Source: a virus. From it: a stretch of DNA of 64,000 nt. The position numbers were made by a program, and so were the translations under genes. This document shows positions 15,001 to 22,160 of the stretch, in pieces. Each line of letters begins with the position of its first letter. Position 1 is the first letter of the stretch. The notes under the pieces are model-generated. The model had not been told where the DNA came from and did no database searches. It worked only from the letters and a program-made list of their open reading frames with translations. The DNA lies in the IMG/VR virus record IMGVR_UViG_3300025120_000001, positions 48,135-112,134 of that record. One strand, given 5' to 3'.

Positions 15001-15462
15001 GCTAAAGGCTGGAGATGCATAGTATCTATCAAATTGAGTTGCCGCAACACCAGAGTAAACTGGATCTACTATGTTTGTATTAGCATCTCCAAATGTAGAA
15101 TCCTGCTTTCCATATGTAGGTTTTAGTTTTTCTACATTTTCAAAAGCTCTAATCTTACCTTGCATTGTAGCTGTATTAGGCGGATTACTTTGAGAGTTTT
15201 GATTAAATCTACCCATTGACGGAGCAGGAAGAGGTGAGTTAATATTATGCGTAGGCGGAGGAAAAAATCTATTAATACTTGCTGAAGCATTGCTAAGCAT
15301 AGCTTCATACTCCGGATCTACAGATTGATCAAAAGCTTCCAAATCAGTTGGGATTTCTAAATCAGCTATTGTTTCAAAAACAAATTGATCTTCGGGTACA
15401 CCAACTGGTGTATTAGCTATCTCATTGTTAAACATTATATTATCAAACTTATCTTCAACCAT
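1..15462 (-). CDS. Giant virion-associated RNA polymerase polyprotein (more than 5,154 aa, 3' end beyond window): hydrophobic ejection-protein region, zincin domain, two-barrel RNAP
   Basis: ATG at 15462 (MVEDKFDNIMFNNE...), 17 nt after the previous stop. The same frame reads YHEAFH (8854-8871), RIPSQ...VVDFLP...SGADFDIDKLY (DFDID at 3493-3507) and TAMTDNAKE (about 2341-2367). The ORF track lists no terminated ORF from this start, consistent with the frame running off the window. Confidence 0.93.
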   Translation of the reverse strand, partial: MVEDKFDNIMFNNEIANTPVGVPEDQFVFETIADLEIPTDLEAFDQSVDPEYEAMLSNASASINRFFPPPTHNINSPLPAPSMGRFNQNSQSNPPNTATMQGKIRAFENVEKLKPTYGKQDSTFGDANTNIVDPVYSGVAATQFDRYYASPAFSRLGFHAYRDNEAYYNENSSGWEDTGRMFGQLTKLVGTGYLSSYRGWFEDDVMDLKSAIEYEDAVRIGSSSRDGFGAGFNNFVLNAGYTLGIIGSIAIEEAIMWGGTALLAASGVGAPAAAATGAAAVARTGYNVAKLTKALGRIGQSFKVGKAFKATKDFVQGMKKIEKVRDIFQGVKSGDNILGKILLPETMGAFKALNTTKKAGENVTNMARFSKTAGGFYRDARSLNFALSEGRMEGGSVYKEQWQKNYLIQRQKNKLAGLGEELSTEQMAKVEQDAKSAAFTTTMWNAPVIYLSNQLLLGNAFGGFKRSFSQIAKESIDSGFGRIVRGKAATKVVKEGANAGKRQVQKGIYEGVEDSFLNWKFIAKKLKSDGLRGGATMAAYGALRYSAANISEGLQEVYQEAVSAGVKDYYTAIQFDPMAGGSALFSSSLSSGLGAQMGSQGLETFMSGFFMGGVINLPQKAIFQGIPTLYTIGTDKAAFDKHKANKKTTLDNLVSYMNKHGDSMAMDPSNPLMNPDQMNFIVQKQASEAMEQAQSEGDIMNFMDTRDMAEFQNLKTLFETGKQEFFKEQLQDYLELTDQELAEAFPSEKARAKEGKLRSQIQENLGRLEQMEKDFNENKDKLTITADPSLYEPGSKQHEKETLKFLAQRHARDLYLFTKDGFQRAAERTEKIYDQLASHPIIKELAANDLTVLTTKEAMMEEMAALRTEVEVLDQPGAKREKNRRAKKLKLLEDISAILYDPKRQKKDGGFDRRSLQTKLTPAIVKYLEYIGKDKKAFVNNEMIKDVIDLIIDSDHLNARQFMYDKALRVMTDPEYLNDMLKRSELYFQFAYKNKMSLFRESIERFINKEEINVLLNQFANVGVYLGQEDMLLFGATGDPKYLTNFFNQDGPVNQIDDPVLYEKVQAAISVYRQTASDILKKDAETRAEEAKESAQDPVKRDQSVSSILDDAGIEGPDSKMVGKTAGESPYLDEVLKRVYQEKRGMLLKLGAKKIPTWEQFLEESLSKDIMRGYNGLKKVWFQTLQGLDGDAKMEVFNSDKGFKEWLSLQRTNDLVGEVLKEASSGRTGISLKIFLPELKDEQGVTEEDDKTKGKDSSNATIDILEKLVINPETEEATSFYVLVDKAGNILDEAMYEAAGLDPILAEGFTSKGKAESARAKLSNYVPTMDSFEFDGQTLNYGDRIQDSKTKKWYVVVSTKPTVEKYGNLLVLEEGKAYTLDPKQRIKKATRLKEGDFLKRFTPEVFNAGKAKLPANASKLRVDEATAAIPHRNDATTNYQEVLEIGRRRYDFILKNLTEKELNELEVIVTKNEQGGAILDREGGYLKFEDKEKNPFIRTTKSPYNIGLKLKSSTSKRINAKLEEAGIPIAMDAEGKATGMVGYIPNGDVILTDANGQAINPLSITKDQIKDLFNYSGPAETAASDIQRNFAIQFQIMNSIAEKMGDSESLVTTLEDIGGVNFFTTPGELVFDKKDKPVLDLNVQGVDGVTVVLENKKGKDGTVSTRFITNAERGEGSKVKKKIIAEMNAQNPNLYSGASNASRYVMVVKSSSGVYSYFPIKSDSLSTEGTAALAETLIKRSAETLKENVQEVEVKKGKKTKQTKDLKFNSIFNQEVNAGEVQDSPGFYMASKPGYTFEVNVGANGSVFIRAYDRKLKQSHNIIMSAEQVQEYAEFDNKEKFIEALITNYNDYISNIDVTDKAFAKKKVFFENLQKNGQLKKDAFKISFDKNVTTEEIEQSVTTQISPNVRGASKLIANIKGVQVSDIKNTAIISMTTTGRSTSADGNTSPSEEAETEDGPTASDGPAAEIASIEELSQEEYDKQKSNDFQGLSKDQREYLAQKLSEQGEKALTIRELEILGSPMGTSIRLLSKTKYNVDNPTSNAATSDTGAVQKDRAALIAERNNLLAKIEVRQVKIRKDSVGKLKNSEIMKKLLSDKEIIKLQKQLAKVESDLGNTANKISDNLNLEDLKHIDEFLSWASSNLPDFISIEDIRTLGDNMKSGGERVGAFVMAMSRIAGNEKINGKLYVGATSKYAYHEAFHAVFRMLLNSDQQNVYYKLAKTEVLSKLRSEGKSLKVELEKLRNGDINKYRNWSQESLEKEYLEEYMADQFEIFKQSPAKTKTDSFIKSLFNKILEWIRNVLGKYNATQLQALYKDISAGKFKNSQAVSNPFTDSATMGITLDASKLLRYSSSTPAKGKEVYKTIPNKQGRGIVSAITARVVDLEMFNEDPNFNIVDTVEESIDAFKALYNIDNAQYANVSTQQLLNLSNITNAFENFRKDIVDSVVQELELYDIKLEMMDDLDMENEMEYGLRTTEQYGKDASQVGGTRSLSSFLRKYIATTTLSEKDEFGNEYINPEADPDDRIKIIIPVDFASAYSGFLKAASGTSDPVRILQQIYMFSQNNPQTKAVQEKLFNDLGLVWEDQLENGIIPGETNDNLLFQALLKGFENFKVDYLFLHTNTADGQTLAYSAANRDDAHTQVEKWETEYKHRRRLYLSDPALKDDASDQLDVLLDYLNPKDPIGYISNKKLAEVAVKVSEVLSKTMGIKLHPDYIQYSIAGNIVQPTKLQKETAAKGKKRLGPTKWQQQILNSRTDVISIEWDDIVYMKEQFDANENLMSQTGEEGVYNRLRKLGLGNSMFDETVGSSVFKNPAGDLVYAHQLPTFHLKRIAQLNDVDNNAKALQDLIDKDPYLASNYLLNDPAFRQMSREGLLKVTRIAGSKASRGIEVDGDGGVVEKYDRNEEGVNYGDFNPKQILHALLSAYTAGVNPKSGKIKRGVIPEGQDEMIALAPVLLRVIEASNTGDMVELPIIQAVKTNAQGDAEVTDAALDAYEKNIEGEFARIQRELDPATRTEELHPGYNATKDGQNRQVEIRDKSGKIIGYNRAFKFTNNKLVLSPKDSPSTQLETGRLLDTEATVARLRAGTQKIFIKDEQGATSMGFFAEGESTNLEMSIGEVKEIKKKKKFVKKKGDKATFNRVKLVGSRKVSQLTMTNIYDKLGDAISDNKTTTHIKEATVGNNTYWVESDKMKDFIEGNKEFYVYELVDENILELDNEQLVEREKQAAEQEDYDIATAIRDLLNVRTFNYAAELEKLIRENAALPADQREVLTLDSALSKIGKDKKQLRAYMRSRIDQEFVQFNRDINSEFYRIDENGKPILELPKFLSQGVQRNENSTGSEAEFQRANEKLNLTGNRTYNTKQIFINDWINTSSMNDVLLGDQALTLKDAVDAVKRAKMQNAAYYSAASRIASPQHGILNPLQKISMFATTDPIGTSIHTGEDIEQADAQNWMSLKAFRYMWFGFGKLTETQSALLNKIEDGADISVDEIFGAAGAVKKQEMLNSKKLVYGDGKVFDKFSVVPLTKALTSYKDKNGNWVAKPGREDLHNMRVKMEQYEQDQLDKGIDTVAMVAPLSALKMMKKNITPIDALVGSGNTITQKESKLLGPANTGSYMARRLDFESTSETDESFGDDQVMELDANYMGLQVLNPSNKSEIIDPTQIKTLITGEQSDNTEVILNGELTTIGAIKLAYNRAVDSRLKQKYLDKRNLNFDMESDYAMDELHKSIDAKKLSPDLISFLKYAQTALKASASSAQLLEFFSFDEEGNPNFDFAQDTPIVAQKFKQLFLSYFSKGVMSEKLPGTAAALLSDYGFKQYRKIYSTEQVDGKSYIDRQEIIRTDDFQNNYSIDDVQKYGNEVLDLSDDNQDKFDSLNERLKNMKEGEFIIVKDRLRPDMKEYKDGEYTGIKYTESMMPVHSKDAYTMYDQVPSKSIPEVLSKMFGIRIPSQDNHSTVNIKVVDFLPVFYGSTIVSARELVEVSGADFDIDKLYIQMKDGYTTLEATKEKTKIYDVVVDMYEHKTEVDATGDPVDIWVVDNLAQAQEQLNLIKDGGRGKNFGEIQEALGTTKDGATYYEIPHKRGDNKRIYIRGTQPSRSIIKDKLRVKGKPYTKPKMQKVIKEYTNDFESYLKWVNKAVQKSGSTFAEAAAKANDRTKNSLSDKDLEAARKLGFSPNAIKALRMLNLPMNEKAFKSYHKKTGRYPFSSGYNNEILDFKYSMMGHAGNTTRDGDQSAISYEPADMEILKDTWSWISGEVPQLAEMLSEDGIDANNLFGKWKGFANNKEGAKSIGAAVLPNLYLSLIQEEGIKMIPGGGYELNIGGQVYNGLFNEDKVNGKTVDRSKELKEDGTLGRRKQYIISALITAMTDNAKERLAAKLGLSRNALAIVTTMSAMGVPIRTSVAMMNHPTIREAYQLEKRAPAFEFDVKEFIEDKMDSLKAAAATYDLATEEDFGATGVSQASLIDGSQDPMLKYKSEEELEDKVDRAADNGVEAITREQVLRDYAILDQFVKAFDVSGFLRPMGDLLNLAKGFGKDTNDVYKVSKAREDLGIDLTDAEFDMLPPNEMPIFDLRPVFSADRWQRGMLDIHDEFVGSILPKVFLDESAGFKNIFSSLDTNYKRFTKDERAVINNDMLSYITLQGYLNYLNNNPMSVLGIPTNTLLYPEEGTKDIVDTYDEIKELNGDKYNFFLDGFIRPESATSEGNKTGISMLTANTLTPLNDSQKLDVQNGFQELYADPLTRALSMKVLNYMIVKDGLQPVYRSIIASINPEMFADYMSTLPSTSQAFAAMDDAQMMANFGMSFRDLKLNFIREYGLHPKTAKLLKKKSMSSSAVFNGKSLVNQARKPFTLDYVESNPDKLFVIFDNESGTGTSNSKAVRGANNVISIVIKKDLSNNKESYYTGAEINTASNEIQQQIEKIKQNIDSFSGGVMIQNEIDNAELMGLQEFSVELYDDLLQKMEDNFGYQAVGLTDKQVKKEGKEVNRKAKNQALYLNDQFDRATITVDLYKGISARPKFEKNDEFETRKFAKIAKDKGKKYGSNVTQVKKGFKLRTVYEGKGERSIAEFPQVMGFMVDGQTRYFQLVRHAGPEYGNIGEGLSQDIATGTFAEYIEVDIMGSVAQTPVGFIFGERPTNNSVKETVKEANPGEDS

Positions 15463-15479
15463 ACTATATTAAATTAAGA

Positions 15480-18400
15480 TTATGAGTTTTCTTCCACTTG
15501 CTCTGGCGTAAGTTTGCCGAACATGAAGTTAAAATTATCTCCTTCTTTTGGATCAGTTATTTTATCTGGATTAGTTTTTTTCCACTTATCCCTTTGACTT
15601 TTATTCTGAGATCCTATTTTTTGTAATTCATATAAATACTTTCTCATATAATAATCTAATTCCTGTCTTGATCCTTGACCGATTGCAATGCCTTCATCAT
15701 TAACTAATTGCTTAGTAAACTGAGCAGCATCATATTCTCCAGTATCACCGTTGAATTGTAGTATTTGATAGTTCATATTATAACCACCTTCAGTACCTTC
15801 TGTTATAGAGAATGAGCCACCGGCAGGAACAGCTCTTTGAAAACTAGCATCTTCACTACTTGCTATAGAAGAAGCAACATATGAAAAATTAAATTCACCA
15901 TGTTTTCTAGGATTGTTATCCTCCTTTTTAGGAATAATGAAACTAAGTGTATTACCTGTAAAAGTTTCAGGTATCATTTTACCTTTTCCTCTCATGCCAT
16001 CCAAATACTCATCGCTAAACGTTAATGTATATCCTGCGTATTTATGATCTAGATTTTTACCTTCTGCAGTCCAGCTTGGGAAATATTTAATTGTAGCTAT
16101 TGGATAATCACCTTGAGCTTTGCTTTCTGTAGTTCTTCTCTTTGTCATATCCATTATGTATTGGTTGTATAACTTTTTACCAATGTTATAATCTATATTG
16201 TCTTTTCCTGTATCCTTATCCTTAATAACATCTTTATCATCCCAGTATGTACTACCATCTGATTTGCTAATTTCATTAAATCCATAATCTGCAAACATGA
16301 TAGTCATCTCAGGATCATTCTTTACTTGCCGGTTTAATGTGTTTAATTGTTCAGCCGCAGAATCTGATATAGATAACGGATCTATTAAAACTTCATAAGT
16401 AGGATTGTTTCCTATTTCACCAGGATTCTGGTCAGCTCCTGCAATACCTCTCATACCTTGTTTAATATCATATGTTTTAAATATATCACCAAACTCTGCA
16501 AAGTCACCCTTTTCTGTTGTGACTTCTTGCGTTGCTTCTAGCTTTCCTCTAATTGCATAGTCATTTAATTCATACATAGATTTCATGAACGCAGCAGCTT
16601 GTTTATCAGATCTCGCTCTATCATTTTGCATTGCGCCATTATACTCAATAGTCGTAATTGTTCTTTCTGGAGCATAACTTCCACTACCAACTGTACTACT
16701 ATATCTATTACTTTCACTGGCGCTTTCTCCAAGATTTGCCATTCTATTAGATGCATCTGACCATGATTGTTCATGCTCATCACCTGACCAAAAACTAGTA
16801 TCATCAAATCCATCTACATCAACGCCCTCTACAGAAAGAGCTGCGCCACCTCCATCTTGAATCCATTTCCAATATGCATCATTATATGATTTATCTGTAT
16901 GTCTTCTGCTTACACCATCTCCATCTTTGTATATCATAGTTGGCATACCAGCATTTACAGCCTTTGCCATTAAAGATTTAAACTCATCACCACTTTCAAG
17001 ATCAAATGATGAGTTTACAGCTTTCTTAATATTGTAATCTGTAACCTCATATAAATTTGATACATGTTTGTCAAGTTGCTTTGATTGATTATCAAGAGCA
17101 TCATAACCATTTTGAATAGCAGCAAACTCTGCAATTGGATCTTTGCTATTAAACAATAAAGGGCTGTTATCAGCAAAGGTTTCTTGATTTACATTCTTGG
17201 CTTGAACCTTAATTAAATCACCCATTCTTTTAAATTCTGATTCAAATGCTGTACTATACTTACTTTTCATTTGATTGAATCCTTCATTATCTTCACTACG
17301 CAAAAGATATTTTTTGAGTTCTGTTTTTAATGCGGATGCTGACATAGTTCCAATGCCATCCATTGTTATTAAACCACTACCCCCATTTGTTAAACCTTGT
17401 TTTCTTGCAAGTACATCAATAGTCCAATCAATTTCGTTATTGGTTATTTTGTTTTGCATGTCCAAAGCTATCTTTTCTTGATTCTCAATATGATCACCAT
17501 TTATAGTTGCGTTTCCGTCATCATCTATATTTTGAGCGGTTACTGTATTTGCATCAGTTGTAATTTCAGTTCCTTCTAAATCTAGTTTATCTTGTCCAGT
17601 AGCTTCATATTCTAATTGAGCCTTTAATGCAATGTTTTGTTTGTCAAAAATATCTTTAGCCTGCATTTGCTTCATCTTATTGCTATGCTGGGCAGCAATT
17701 TTTTGCATATCATATTTTTGTCTCTTAGCTAAAACAGCATATTCATTAGCTTCTAGTTTAGACATCATACCTTTTTTAGAATAGTCTATAGCCGCAGACT
17801 GAAGATCTGTTTCCATTCCCATATTCATCATCAAGCTATATGCTCTATTTAAAAGTGACTTTGTATTACCGGCATTGTATTCACCGTTTGTTTTAAAGTC
17901 TTTTTCAGATTGAGGCTGATTGTCAAAAAGCTTATCTATTTCCGCCAGTCTTTCTCTAACTGCAGATAAATCTGATTTACTTTCATTAGATGCTTTTTCT
18001 TCAGGACTTCCTTTTATAATAGGATCTTGTTTATTTGATTGGTTCCAAGCTTCGTTTTTTTGTTGAGCTTGTTTTTTCTTTTCTGCTAATGCTGCTTGTC
18101 TTTTTTCTATCTCTGCTTCAACTTCCTGAATCTTATCAGTTGCCCAAACATTCTGACCTTGATCTATACTAGCAAACTTACCCTCATCTACACCAGTCTG
18201 AGCAAAGTTCCGTGATTTAACATATGCATCTGCATGATATGCACCTATCACCATAGGATCATCCTTTAATGTTTTTTGTACAAGAGCTAAAGCTTCATTA
18301 GTTATTAAGTCTCCGTTCTTTCTATGAATCATCCACTCACCATTCTCAGATATTGTAGTAACTACATCTGTCTCTAAACCTGATTCATTAAGAACTTGTA

Positions 18401-18935
18401 AAGCCTTTTCATATAAATTAGCATTAGGTGTATATGTTGGAGTAGCCATAGTTAACGCTGCATCTTGGCTAGCGTCAACAAAGTCTTCCATTTCAAATTG
18501 CATTTTTTGAACACCTGTCTGCCAATATTTCTGACGCTCTTCATCCACCATTGAGTTCTTCAGTCTATTAGCATAGGACATTTCATTTCTATACTTCTTA
18601 GTTTGAACAAGATCTTTTACTATAAGATCCTCTTCAAAGAAAGGTCTGAATAATGCCTTTGCTGAATCAACATTCTGAGCCATTGATAAATCCAATCCTG
18701 CTATTTGCTGGAGTTTAGGTGCAAGGTTCTCTGCATACTGATCACGCATCTCTTGCGTATCCTTTCTAGAAAGATTTCCATACACAACCTTGCCATATAA
18801 ATCATTTAATGCTTTATAGTTAGACTCATATTTTTGAGTCTTAGTATCTAATACATTAGATAAGAATTTATAATCCGGTGTGAATGGTTTAAAATCTGGT
18901 AAATAACTGCCTACTCCTGGTACATACGTTGCCAT
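15480..18935 (-). CDS. Large virion cargo/ejection protein (1151 aa)
   Basis: Long, helical/coiled-coil-rich ORF immediately upstream of the vRNAP gene, the position occupied by crAss-like cargo proteins. Confidence 0.7.
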   Translation of the reverse strand: MATYVPGVGSYLPDFKPFTPDYKFLSNVLDTKTQKYESNYKALNDLYGKVVYGNLSRKDTQEMRDQYAENLAPKLQQIAGLDLSMAQNVDSAKALFRPFFEEDLIVKDLVQTKKYRNEMSYANRLKNSMVDEERQKYWQTGVQKMQFEMEDFVDASQDAALTMATPTYTPNANLYEKALQVLNESGLETDVVTTISENGEWMIHRKNGDLITNEALALVQKTLKDDPMVIGAYHADAYVKSRNFAQTGVDEGKFASIDQGQNVWATDKIQEVEAEIEKRQAALAEKKKQAQQKNEAWNQSNKQDPIIKGSPEEKASNESKSDLSAVRERLAEIDKLFDNQPQSEKDFKTNGEYNAGNTKSLLNRAYSLMMNMGMETDLQSAAIDYSKKGMMSKLEANEYAVLAKRQKYDMQKIAAQHSNKMKQMQAKDIFDKQNIALKAQLEYEATGQDKLDLEGTEITTDANTVTAQNIDDDGNATINGDHIENQEKIALDMQNKITNNEIDWTIDVLARKQGLTNGGSGLITMDGIGTMSASALKTELKKYLLRSEDNEGFNQMKSKYSTAFESEFKRMGDLIKVQAKNVNQETFADNSPLLFNSKDPIAEFAAIQNGYDALDNQSKQLDKHVSNLYEVTDYNIKKAVNSSFDLESGDEFKSLMAKAVNAGMPTMIYKDGDGVSRRHTDKSYNDAYWKWIQDGGGAALSVEGVDVDGFDDTSFWSGDEHEQSWSDASNRMANLGESASESNRYSSTVGSGSYAPERTITTIEYNGAMQNDRARSDKQAAAFMKSMYELNDYAIRGKLEATQEVTTEKGDFAEFGDIFKTYDIKQGMRGIAGADQNPGEIGNNPTYEVLIDPLSISDSAAEQLNTLNRQVKNDPEMTIMFADYGFNEISKSDGSTYWDDKDVIKDKDTGKDNIDYNIGKKLYNQYIMDMTKRRTTESKAQGDYPIATIKYFPSWTAEGKNLDHKYAGYTLTFSDEYLDGMRGKGKMIPETFTGNTLSFIIPKKEDNNPRKHGEFNFSYVASSIASSEDASFQRAVPAGGSFSITEGTEGGYNMNYQILQFNGDTGEYDAAQFTKQLVNDEGIAIGQGSRQELDYYMRKYLYELQKIGSQNKSQRDKWKKTNPDKITDPKEGDNFNFMFGKLTPEQVEENS

Positions 18936-18994
18936 AATACTAAATTAATAAAATTTCATAAGTTTATAAAGTTAATTGAAAACACTTTTAAAGT

Positions 18995-21900
18995 TTATAT
19001 TCCCATCTTACCTGTATAAAAAGGGGTAGCCCACTTCTTTTTCTTTTTCTCTCCCCCTCGTTTGTTTTGGTAGCCGCCTGCTCCCTGTTGTCTAGCCTGC
19101 GCTTTCCATCTAGCTTCTCTAGGATCACCTTGATAACCTCTAGCATTTGCTTGTTGTACAAGAGATGACATAACATTCGGATCAACATTGCCATCTTTAT
19201 CTGTAAGACCTGCAGCTTTAGCTTGTCTAGCCGCTTCCATATAATCATCCATAAATGCCCATCTATCTCCCTCTGGTTGAGGGTTAAATGCTTTAGATCC
19301 TGATTGACTAATGTCACCTCCAGATAATGGATCAACATTAAAGTAATCATACATCTGATTCATGTTATATGTATTTGAAGCATTTGTTATCATATTAGCC
19401 GTAGCATCAGCATACTGCTCTCTATCAAAGTTCTTCTCATCCATATAAGTTTGAAGAGTTTTGGCAGTATCATCATATAACTTAGTGTTTCTTGAATCTT
19501 CAAGCTGGTTAAACTGACTATCTAATTGAGCATTCATTCTATTTGCATTATTCAAAGTCTGCACATTTCTTGAGTTAACTCCACCAACTGCATTAGCTAT
19601 AGCATCTATAGCTTGCCCTTGACCTTGCGCACTTCTAGCAGCCATTTGCTGAGGTCCTGCAAATGCACCTAATGCTTGTTCTGATGCAGCTCTTCCTGAA
19701 TTGATTGCAGCTATTTGTCTAGTTGGATCTTCCAATACAGCATCCATATAGTTTCTTCTAACTGGAGGTTGATAAGGTAAGAACATATCTCGCTCTCTAT
19801 CTGCAATAGCCTGAGTTTTAATTATATCTTGAATCCAAGGTGACTTAACAGCAGAGGGTGGTGGTAACTCTGTTTCAGGTACTTCTGGTGTCTTTCTTTT
19901 TTCAGTACAAGGACACGGCTCACTGGCTGTTGGTGTTCCCGGTTCTGAACCTTCTGGACATTGCGGACATTCACCACAAGGACATTTACCATTCTCATCT
20001 CTTGGTAGAACCTTACCTTTATCTGGACCATCAGGACAAGGTTGACATGGATATTCAGGCACTGTAGTATTTTCACGTTGTCCTACTGTAGTGTTACCGA
20101 ATGCACCATCTACTGGAGATATATCATATGTAACACCATTATATGTCCATTGATCATCATCTACACCTGATTGAACAAAGTTAAGTAAATCATCTCCTTC
20201 TGCTACATCGTAAACTTGACCCGCTTGATATGCGCCTTGAAACTGTCTTACTCCTGCCTCATCTAGTGCTGTGTATGTCATTTCTGCTAGTTCTTCTGGT
20301 GTAGCATCTGGGTTATCAGCTTTAATTTTAGCATTGATATCTGTAATAGCTTTATTATAATATGAGCTATTTGTACCATCATCCCATCCAGCCTCTTTTA
20401 AATAGTCTTGATCATCTTTATAGAAGTCTTGAATAGCATTAACTTGTCTTTCCCCTCTTATGTAATTTGAGTGAAAGTCTTCTTCAGAAGGTAAGTCTGC
20501 TTCATCAACACCTCGTGCTTTTTGAAGCAACTTATAAGTTTCATATCTCTTAAGTCTTCCTTCCTCATTCTCATCAGAGTTATACCAATCCGTCCAACTA
20601 TCAGTACCACCCATTAATTCGTCACCTGCTTTCCATGAAGGTTCGCCTCCTGATTGCATCATTGTAATACCTTGAGATGCAAACTCCATTTCTCTAGGAG
20701 ATGCTACATTTGGATCAATGCTTCCATTTTGTACACCATCAATAAACATTTGCAGTGCATTTTGTCTATCTCGTACTTCCATACCATCTTGACCATAACC
20801 GCTATATCCAGCAAAGCCTCCGCTAACAGATGCATCACCTTCCATATTTTTATTTATCAATCCTGTGTTTGTATCCCAAACACCTCTTGACATATTAGGA
20901 TCATATGATGTACCCATCATGTTGTCAGCCATAGACATTTTCATCATGTCTTCTTTAGCTTGCTTTCCTTTTACATCTTTAAATCTTTCATTAATACCAC
21001 CAGCAAGATTAACAGCAAAGTTTGATGTTTCTTTAAATGCATTCATACCAGGACTCTTCATAAAGCCTTGCATTGCCGTATTTAACCTAGTCCCAAGACC
21101 GGGACCTTCTTTTTCTTTTTCTGGATCCGTCATACTACCTTGGCCATCATATATAGAAGGTGCAGCTGTTTGTTCAGTAGCAAGCTTTTGCATTTTTTGT
21201 TGATAAGGTGTAGGGCCCATTGCTGGATTTGCGTTTTGCATCTGCGCATCCGCAACTATATTCTGACTGCTAGCATAATCATTATTTATTAACTCATTAA
21301 AATATGCTGAACCAGGACCTTGCTGTTGTTTAAATACATTCAGCAATTGTGTAGGATCTCCTAACCCAGTTTGTGCTTTAGCTAATTCTCTACCATATGC
21401 AGCCATTGGATTCATAGCTTGTGTGTCAGCTTGATTCATTGGTTGTGCTTGCTGATCTCCAGTAAACTGTTGAAGACCTTCTACTTTTTGAGCAAACTCA
21501 AAAGGATCAATACCTATAGCCTGTACATAAGGATAAGCAGCTAATGGTAATCCATCCTCAAAACCTTTCATCATTTCTTGACCAAATGCTAGTTTAGATA
21601 AACCTTCCTTGTTTTTTTGCAACATAAGATCTGCTGTATCAGCCTGTATCTTATCCGCATATTCATCATTTAATAAACCATAATACTTATTAAGCTCATA
21701 TTGTTTAGAAACCTTAGCTGGTGTTATCTTCTTTCTAGACTTAATGCCATGATCCGCTAACATCTCCTTACCCATCTTCATTTTTTGGGTATCAGAATAT
21801 ATAAAAGATTGTTCTGGCAAGAACATTGGAACACCACCGCTCCCATGTCTAGGACCGCTAATATCATAAAGACCAAACTGACCGTCATTATTTAAATCAG

Positions 21901-22159
21901 TTAGAACAGTCTCTCCACCTTCAGCTTCAATGTTAGCAATATCTCTTGGTACAGAAGATAGACTATATCTTACATCTGTATCTGAAGGACCCGATGCTTC
22001 ATTTGAATGAGAGTTAAATGTTGTCAATCCATAATTTTGTTGGTCGCCTGTAACATGACCACCATGTGACATCTTAACCAATTCACCATCAATCAATTCA
22101 AAACCTTCAGGTAGATTTTCTATACGAACTTTATATTTAGTATTTTTAATTTTTGGCAT
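18995..22159 (-). CDS. Virion cargo protein with EAEGGE...GPRHGSGG...FIYSD domain, several QxGG-type motifs and a Cys/Pro-rich segment
   Basis: ORF track 18995..22183 starts at GTG; the ATG at 22159 (MPKIKN), directly after the upstream stop, is the more likely start. Position within the cargo cluster. Confidence 0.7.
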   Translation of the reverse strand: MPKIKNTKYKVRIENLPEGFELIDGELVKMSHGGHVTGDQQNYGLTTFNSHSNEASGPSDTDVRYSLSSVPRDIANIEAEGGETVLTDLNNDGQFGLYDISGPRHGSGGVPMFLPEQSFIYSDTQKMKMGKEMLADHGIKSRKKITPAKVSKQYELNKYYGLLNDEYADKIQADTADLMLQKNKEGLSKLAFGQEMMKGFEDGLPLAAYPYVQAIGIDPFEFAQKVEGLQQFTGDQQAQPMNQADTQAMNPMAAYGRELAKAQTGLGDPTQLLNVFKQQQGPGSAYFNELINNDYASSQNIVADAQMQNANPAMGPTPYQQKMQKLATEQTAAPSIYDGQGSMTDPEKEKEGPGLGTRLNTAMQGFMKSPGMNAFKETSNFAVNLAGGINERFKDVKGKQAKEDMMKMSMADNMMGTSYDPNMSRGVWDTNTGLINKNMEGDASVSGGFAGYSGYGQDGMEVRDRQNALQMFIDGVQNGSIDPNVASPREMEFASQGITMMQSGGEPSWKAGDELMGGTDSWTDWYNSDENEEGRLKRYETYKLLQKARGVDEADLPSEEDFHSNYIRGERQVNAIQDFYKDDQDYLKEAGWDDGTNSSYYNKAITDINAKIKADNPDATPEELAEMTYTALDEAGVRQFQGAYQAGQVYDVAEGDDLLNFVQSGVDDDQWTYNGVTYDISPVDGAFGNTTVGQRENTTVPEYPCQPCPDGPDKGKVLPRDENGKCPCGECPQCPEGSEPGTPTASEPCPCTEKRKTPEVPETELPPPSAVKSPWIQDIIKTQAIADRERDMFLPYQPPVRRNYMDAVLEDPTRQIAAINSGRAASEQALGAFAGPQQMAARSAQGQGQAIDAIANAVGGVNSRNVQTLNNANRMNAQLDSQFNQLEDSRNTKLYDDTAKTLQTYMDEKNFDREQYADATANMITNASNTYNMNQMYDYFNVDPLSGGDISQSGSKAFNPQPEGDRWAFMDDYMEAARQAKAAGLTDKDGNVDPNVMSSLVQQANARGYQGDPREARWKAQARQQGAGGYQNKRGGEKKKKKWATPFYTGKMGI

Positions 22160-22160
22160 A

